43,553 nt of DNA from Fibrobacteria bacterium (GTDB lineage Bacteria > Fibrobacterota > Fibrobacteria > UBA11236), in assembly GCA_041746255.1 (NCBI GenBank), contig JBGTHM010000028.1:1-43553 (forward strand). The letters are read 5' to 3'. Made by a program: the position numbers and the translations under genes. Within the stretch, counting starts at the first letter, position 1. Each line of letters begins with the position of its first letter. Below, in pieces: positions 39,979 through 43,553 of the stretch. The notes under the pieces are model-generated. The model was given only the letters and a program-made list of their open reading frames with translations. It had not been told where the DNA came from and did no database searches.

Positions 39979-40215
39979 GGTCGGTTCTCCTTTGTGTCGG
40001 CATCCGGTCCGAGGACTGGCTGCAACTGTAACGGCGCCGGTTAGGGCTGAGCGCGAATTTCTCGAATCGGCTCAATCCACGCGATTTTACCCGTTTTTAC
40101 TGGGGATGCGGGCTATTTCGGCCATTTCTGAATTGCGACCCGGGCATAATACAAAAAGCCCTAACAGCAACCCATAATAACACAAAAAAAGGTCTTTTCG
40201 GTAATTTCGCCGATC

Positions 40216-40410
40216 CTAGCAGGTATCGTCTTGCGTGCGGCACTGTATCCGAATGCGTCCGTTGGCATCGGCGGTTACGGTAACGTCTATGGGACGGCAG
40301 CATACATGGCAATCTTGTACGTAGCGTTGGCGGCTACCCGCTTCCAAGTCGGCTTCGAATAGGTTGGGTTCTCCGCAATAAGGACAATTGGAATGCAATT
40401 CTTCGTACAT
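40216..40410 (-). CDS. CPXCG-motif cysteine-rich small protein
   Basis: CPYCGE...YVQDCHVCCRPI; 64 aa; AAGGA SD. Confidence 0.85.
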   Translation of the reverse strand: MYEELHSNCPYCGEPNLFEADLEAGSRQRYVQDCHVCCRPIDVTVTADANGRIRIQCRTQDDTC

Positions 40411-40500
40411 GGCGATTCCTTAAACCGGGTGGTTTTGTCGCGGCAGGGACGGGGAGTGGGGCGCCATCCGCTTAAAGTAGGCATTGTTGGGGGTATCGGC

Positions 40501-40529
40501 TTGCAATGCCCCCCGCTCCTTGATACTTT
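40501..40529 (+). promoter_or_regulatory. Putative sigma-70 promoter of tRNA-Arg
   Basis: TTGCAA-N17-TACTTT with an extended TG and a GC-rich discriminator before the tRNA. Confidence 0.55.
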
Positions 40530-40549
40530 TACGCTGCCCCAAAAGCCAT

Positions 40550-40623
40550 GCACCGATAGCTCAGTTGGATAGAGCAACGGTTTTCTAAACCGTCGGTCCC
40601 AGGTTCGAGTCCTGGTCGGTGCA
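40550..40623 (+). tRNA. tRNA-Arg(UCU), CCA not encoded
   Basis: Cloverleaf: acceptor GCACCGA/TCGGTGC, D arm GCTC/GAGC, anticodon arm ACGGT-TTTCTAA-ACCGT and T arm CCAGG-TTCGAGT-CCTGG. Confidence 0.96.
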
Positions 40624-40690
40624 CATTTGCCTGTTCCCAAAACGGCGGCCGCTATTTTACTCCAGCGCCCCCAACTCGGTTCCGGATCTT

Positions 40691-40739
40691 TGTACCAATA
40701 CCTTGAATCATTACCAATAAAATTATAGGATATGGTACA
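40691..40739 (+). promoter_or_regulatory. abiE promoter with inverted-repeat operator
   Basis: Arms 40691-40708 and 40722-40739 match at 13/18 positions (TGTACCA...CCT..AAT) and overlap TTGAAT-N17-TAGGAT and the start codon. Confidence 0.65.
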
Positions 40740-41332
40740 TGGGTCGAAACCAAGAAATCCTGTTGGTTCTCAAAGAAGGGCCGCTTAGGGCGAGAGATTT
40801 TGAGACTGCGGGGATTCCCCGTGCAAATTTGCGCCGCTTGGTGCTTCTGGGGAAAGTGGAACGGATTGCGCGTGGGTTATATGCACTCCCTCAGCCGCCT
40901 ATGACTGAAAATGATACCTTGGTCGAAGTAGCAAAGAGAGTACCTTCTGCCGTTTTCTGTCTCCTTACCGCGTTGCGCTTCCATGGTGTCACGACTCAAA
41001 ATCCCCACGAAATCTGGATCGCCATTGAAGGGCGTTCGTGGAAACCTGGTTTCGATCGCCCGAAACTACAGGTGCTAAGATTTTCCGGTCCGGCTTTCCA
41101 TTCGAATATCGAGGAACACAGAGTCGGGAAAACCCCCATAAGGGTGTATGGACTGGCTAAAACGGTGGCCGATTGCTTCCGCTTTCGGAATCGGGTGGGA
41201 TTGGACGTGGCCTTGGAAGCGTTGCGTGAATCTATTCGTTCGAGAAAGGTCAGCCGGGACGACATCCTCTTGGCTGCTCGGGAGCGAGGAGTTTACCGAA
41301 CCGTCTATCCTTATGTAGAGGCGATGTCATGA
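40739..41332 (+). CDS. abiEi: Type IV toxin-antitoxin AbiEi-family antitoxin
   Basis: N-terminal wHTH (VERIARGLY), CLLTALRFHG.TTQNP.E.WIAI and AKTVADCFRFRNRVGLDVALEAL. Confidence 0.9.
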   Translation: MGRNQEILLVLKEGPLRARDFETAGIPRANLRRLVLLGKVERIARGLYALPQPPMTENDTLVEVAKRVPSAVFCLLTALRFHGVTTQNPHEIWIAIEGRSWKPGFDRPKLQVLRFSGPAFHSNIEEHRVGKTPIRVYGLAKTVADCFRFRNRVGLDVALEALRESIRSRKVSRDDILLAARERGVYRTVYPYVEAMS

Positions 41333-41826
41333 CGGCCCCGGGTAATCCAGCACATTCGATCGCCGAGCGGCTTCTTAATATCAGTCGTCGGACGGGCGAG
41401 GACTATAACTTCTTGCTCTTGAGATATGGCCACGAAAGGCTCCTGTACAGGATAAGCAAAACTGATAAATTCGAAGCGATGGTAAGACTCGGCCTTGCAA
41501 ACAGTCGCATGAAGGATTTTTACGATTTATGGACGATTTTCAAAACCACCTCTTTGGATGCGACGAAACTTTCTAATGCCTTGCGGGCCACATTTGTCCG
41601 ACGAAAAACGCAAATTCCGCCGAACATGCCTTCGGCTCTAACTCCGATTTTCTATCAGAACCCACAGAAACAAATACAGTGGCAGGCATTCGTTCGACGA
41701 AGTGGGCTTGCGACTCCCCCAGGGGGGCTGGAGGCAGTCATCCAGGATTCGGCGAACTTCCTAATTCCTTTCCTAATCGGGCTGAGAGAATTCAGTGATC
41801 GGGAAAGGGATGATTCCGTTTTATAG
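41329..41826 (+). pseudogene. abiEii: AbiEii-family nucleotidyltransferase toxin with an in-frame internal deletion
   Basis: N-terminal RLLN...ERLLYRIS joins directly to C-terminal KFEAMV.LG.ANSRMKDFYD. There is no KGG / RxTxDxD catalytic motif, and the ORF is only 165 aa. Confidence 0.75.
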
Positions 41827-41877
41827 AGCAACGGTTTTCTAAACCGTCGGTCCCAGGTTCGAGTCCTGGTCGGTGCA
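41823..41877 (+). repeat. attR-like duplicate of the 3' 55 nt of tRNA-Arg(UCU)
   Basis: ATAGAGCAACGGTTTTCTAAACCGTCGGTCCCAGGTTCGAGTCCTGGTCGGTGCA is identical to 40569-40623; the 5' acceptor strand is missing. Confidence 0.95.
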
Positions 41878-42380
41878 GTTTTTGATTTCCCATTCCGACT
41901 TCTTTGGCTGCTTCCTCCCTGGCAAAGTGTGCAATCAGTCCTATAAATATTATTGTCGGGTTCCGCATTGATTTTCTTCCCCACCGCGGCAACGTCTTGG
42001 GTGCTTCTGCTTACCCGTGACTGAAAAAAAATACCCTTGAAATAAGCACGAAACGGCAGAGTTTAAAAGCATAAACAGTTATTCACCAATACCGCTCACG
42101 GATAGCGGTTATACACGTTAGTTTTGGAAGGAAATCGAATAGCTTCTTCCAAGGAACCGATTCCAGGTCGAAGTCCTTTACCGGAGGACATTAAACATGA
42201 ACGACCCCAGGCTGCGAATCCTATCCTGCTTTTTATTATCGCTACAGGTTATGCAGGTTCGCGAATAGTGGTGAGCATGACATCCTCCCTGCTCAACGAC
42301 ATCGGCAAATTGCAAACAAAATCGGGCATATCCGGACTCGGCGTGTCCGTCAAATTTTACGGTACCAAAAGGGGTTACTA

Positions 42381-43553
42381 ATGAAAATCAATACTTATTT
42401 CAAAATCCTGTCCTTATTGGCGATGCCCGTTTACGCGCAAGTCTGCGACCTGACCCTTACCGCCTGTCCCGACAAGCTTCCCGGAGGGGGCATCACCGTT
42501 CCCATGGATGTAATCTCGCTGGATGTCATTATTCCATACTGCGCCACCACCGGCACAATTCGATCCGCCCATCCGCCTTCCATCATGTTCGTGATTGACC
42601 AATCCGGAAGCATGCGCACAACCGACCCCACCACCGCCCGGTTCTCGGTAGTCAATGATATGCTCGATATCATCCATGCCGAGATTCCCAACGCCCGGGT
42701 AGGTTTGTCCGTTTTCACCAATCGGCTGGAATTCGACTACCGGGACAATGCTTTCTTTACAGGCCTGTTCCCCGGAGATAATTCCCAGCATGACTCTTAC
42801 GTTCCCTTGACGCGGCTAGACACCACTTTTTCGGATGGAGGAACATACCGAGGATTGGATACCCTGAAGGCGCTTCTCAAGTATGAAATTGTGGACGGGT
42901 ATGCCGAATTGATCCATCGTACCAAGCGTCCCAAGCAACGTGCCCCGCTCGCCGGATCCACGCGGGGAACCGACATCACCCTGGGGTTTGATGCGGCTCT
43001 CGACGCCATGAAAGCATCCCCTTCTCCCAAAGAATCCCAATTCATCATATTTCTTTCCGATGGAGCCCCTTCCACCATAGATGATATCCGGGTGGCGAGG
43101 CAGAATGTCTTTGAAGCGGGAACAAATACGCCCACTACCTTTACGGTCTATTTTACCAATTCCACCCGCACCGTCAATGGAGTGCCACAACTCGTTCCCC
43201 CGCCTGCGACCATCAGGACCATGACCGAAAACATACGGAACAATGGTTACTCCTCTTCCAATCCCAACAGCGAGACCTATGCCATACGACTCCCCGGGTC
43301 GGAACTGCGAGGCCTCTTGCAAAACAGTGTTCTTACGCAAATCCTGACGGTTCCCACCCAAGGCAAAAGGTTGACGGTGAGTGTCGATGGGGGCCCTACC
43401 CAAACTACCGAGACCAAGCCGAACCCGAATCAATTCCAATTCACCAAGCCGCTGCCTCTGAACCCCGGCACCACTAATTTGGAGTTCAAGTATTCGCATA
43501 CCTTTCAGGATACGACCTTTTCCCCGCCCCTCATCAGGGACACAATCGTGACG
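42381..43553 (+). CDS. Secreted von Willebrand factor A domain protein (partial; runs off the window and is absent from the ORF track)
   Basis: Hand translation gives signal peptide MKINTYFKILSLLAMPVYA, MIDAS motif IMFVIDQSGSM, GTDITLG and FIIFLSDG; open for 391 codons to the window end. Confidence 0.85.
   Translation, partial: MKINTYFKILSLLAMPVYAQVCDLTLTACPDKLPGGGITVPMDVISLDVIIPYCATTGTIRSAHPPSIMFVIDQSGSMRTTDPTTARFSVVNDMLDIIHAEIPNARVGLSVFTNRLEFDYRDNAFFTGLFPGDNSQHDSYVPLTRLDTTFSDGGTYRGLDTLKALLKYEIVDGYAELIHRTKRPKQRAPLAGSTRGTDITLGFDAALDAMKASPSPKESQFIIFLSDGAPSTIDDIRVARQNVFEAGTNTPTTFTVYFTNSTRTVNGVPQLVPPPATIRTMTENIRNNGYSSSNPNSETYAIRLPGSELRGLLQNSVLTQILTVPTQGKRLTVSVDGGPTQTTETKPNPNQFQFTKPLPLNPGTTNLEFKYSHTFQDTTFSPPLIRDTIVT

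Larger units (their letters stand above)
40624..41877. mobile_element. 1,254-bp tRNA-integrated islet (no integrase) carrying an AbiE-type toxin-antitoxin pair
   Basis: Bounded by an exact 55-bp direct repeat (40569-40623 = 41823-41877); contains only the two abiE genes and their promoter. Confidence 0.8.

Noticed and set aside
39979..40215. Riboswitch in the leader of the lyase-like lipoproteins
   Set aside because: I could not match any aptamer consensus; only a short imperfect direct repeat (CATAATA...ACAAAAA) is visible.
41823..41877. Second functional tRNA-Arg gene
   Set aside because: The 5' acceptor strand and 5' D-stem are absent; the upstream bases (GATTCCGTTTT) cannot complete a cloverleaf.
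42079..42117. Two DnaA-box-like 9-mers (TTATTCACC, TTATACACG)
   Set aside because: Both are mismatched, there are only two, and they are far from dnaA, so chance is a sufficient explanation.
42414..43499. Minus-strand ORFs 42414-42791, 42797-43135 and 42816-43499
   Set aside because: They are shadows of the plus-strand vWA gene starting at 42381.

Overview
This is a mostly housekeeping bacterial chromosome segment. Gene content suggests an FCB-group organism such as Fibrobacterota, which is an inference. From left to right it holds: a long nested hairpin at the window edge; manA, a STAS gene and a DUF5610-like gene on the minus strand; a candidate oriC and dnaA, followed by a complete tolQRAB-pal-cpoB cluster rather than dnaN; a fused glyQS; and a type IV minor-pilin cassette (FimT/PilV/PilW-like) bracketed by two large paralogous PilX-like genes. 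Next comes a ~10 kb minus-strand run: trpE-trpG-trpD-trpC, an LMW phosphatase, a fructosamine-kinase homologue, an HExxH/beta-propeller outer-membrane protein and a Cys/Met PLP enzyme. After that are two convergent secreted proteins with sorting-domain-like tails, valS, an orphan thiS, SpoIID, def, yajC, two lyase-like lipoproteins, a CPXCG protein and tRNA-Arg(UCU). Immediately after the tRNA is a 1.25 kb integrase-less islet bounded by a perfect 55-bp tRNA repeat, carrying an AbiE type IV toxin-antitoxin pair whose toxin has lost its catalytic core. A vWA protein missed by the ORF track runs off the right end. The best leads are the tRNA-bounded AbiE islet, the deglycation enzyme pair coupled to trpC (possible repair of the Amadori intermediate CdRP), and the twin PilX-like tip proteins. 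All calls come from reading the sequence; no searches were run.
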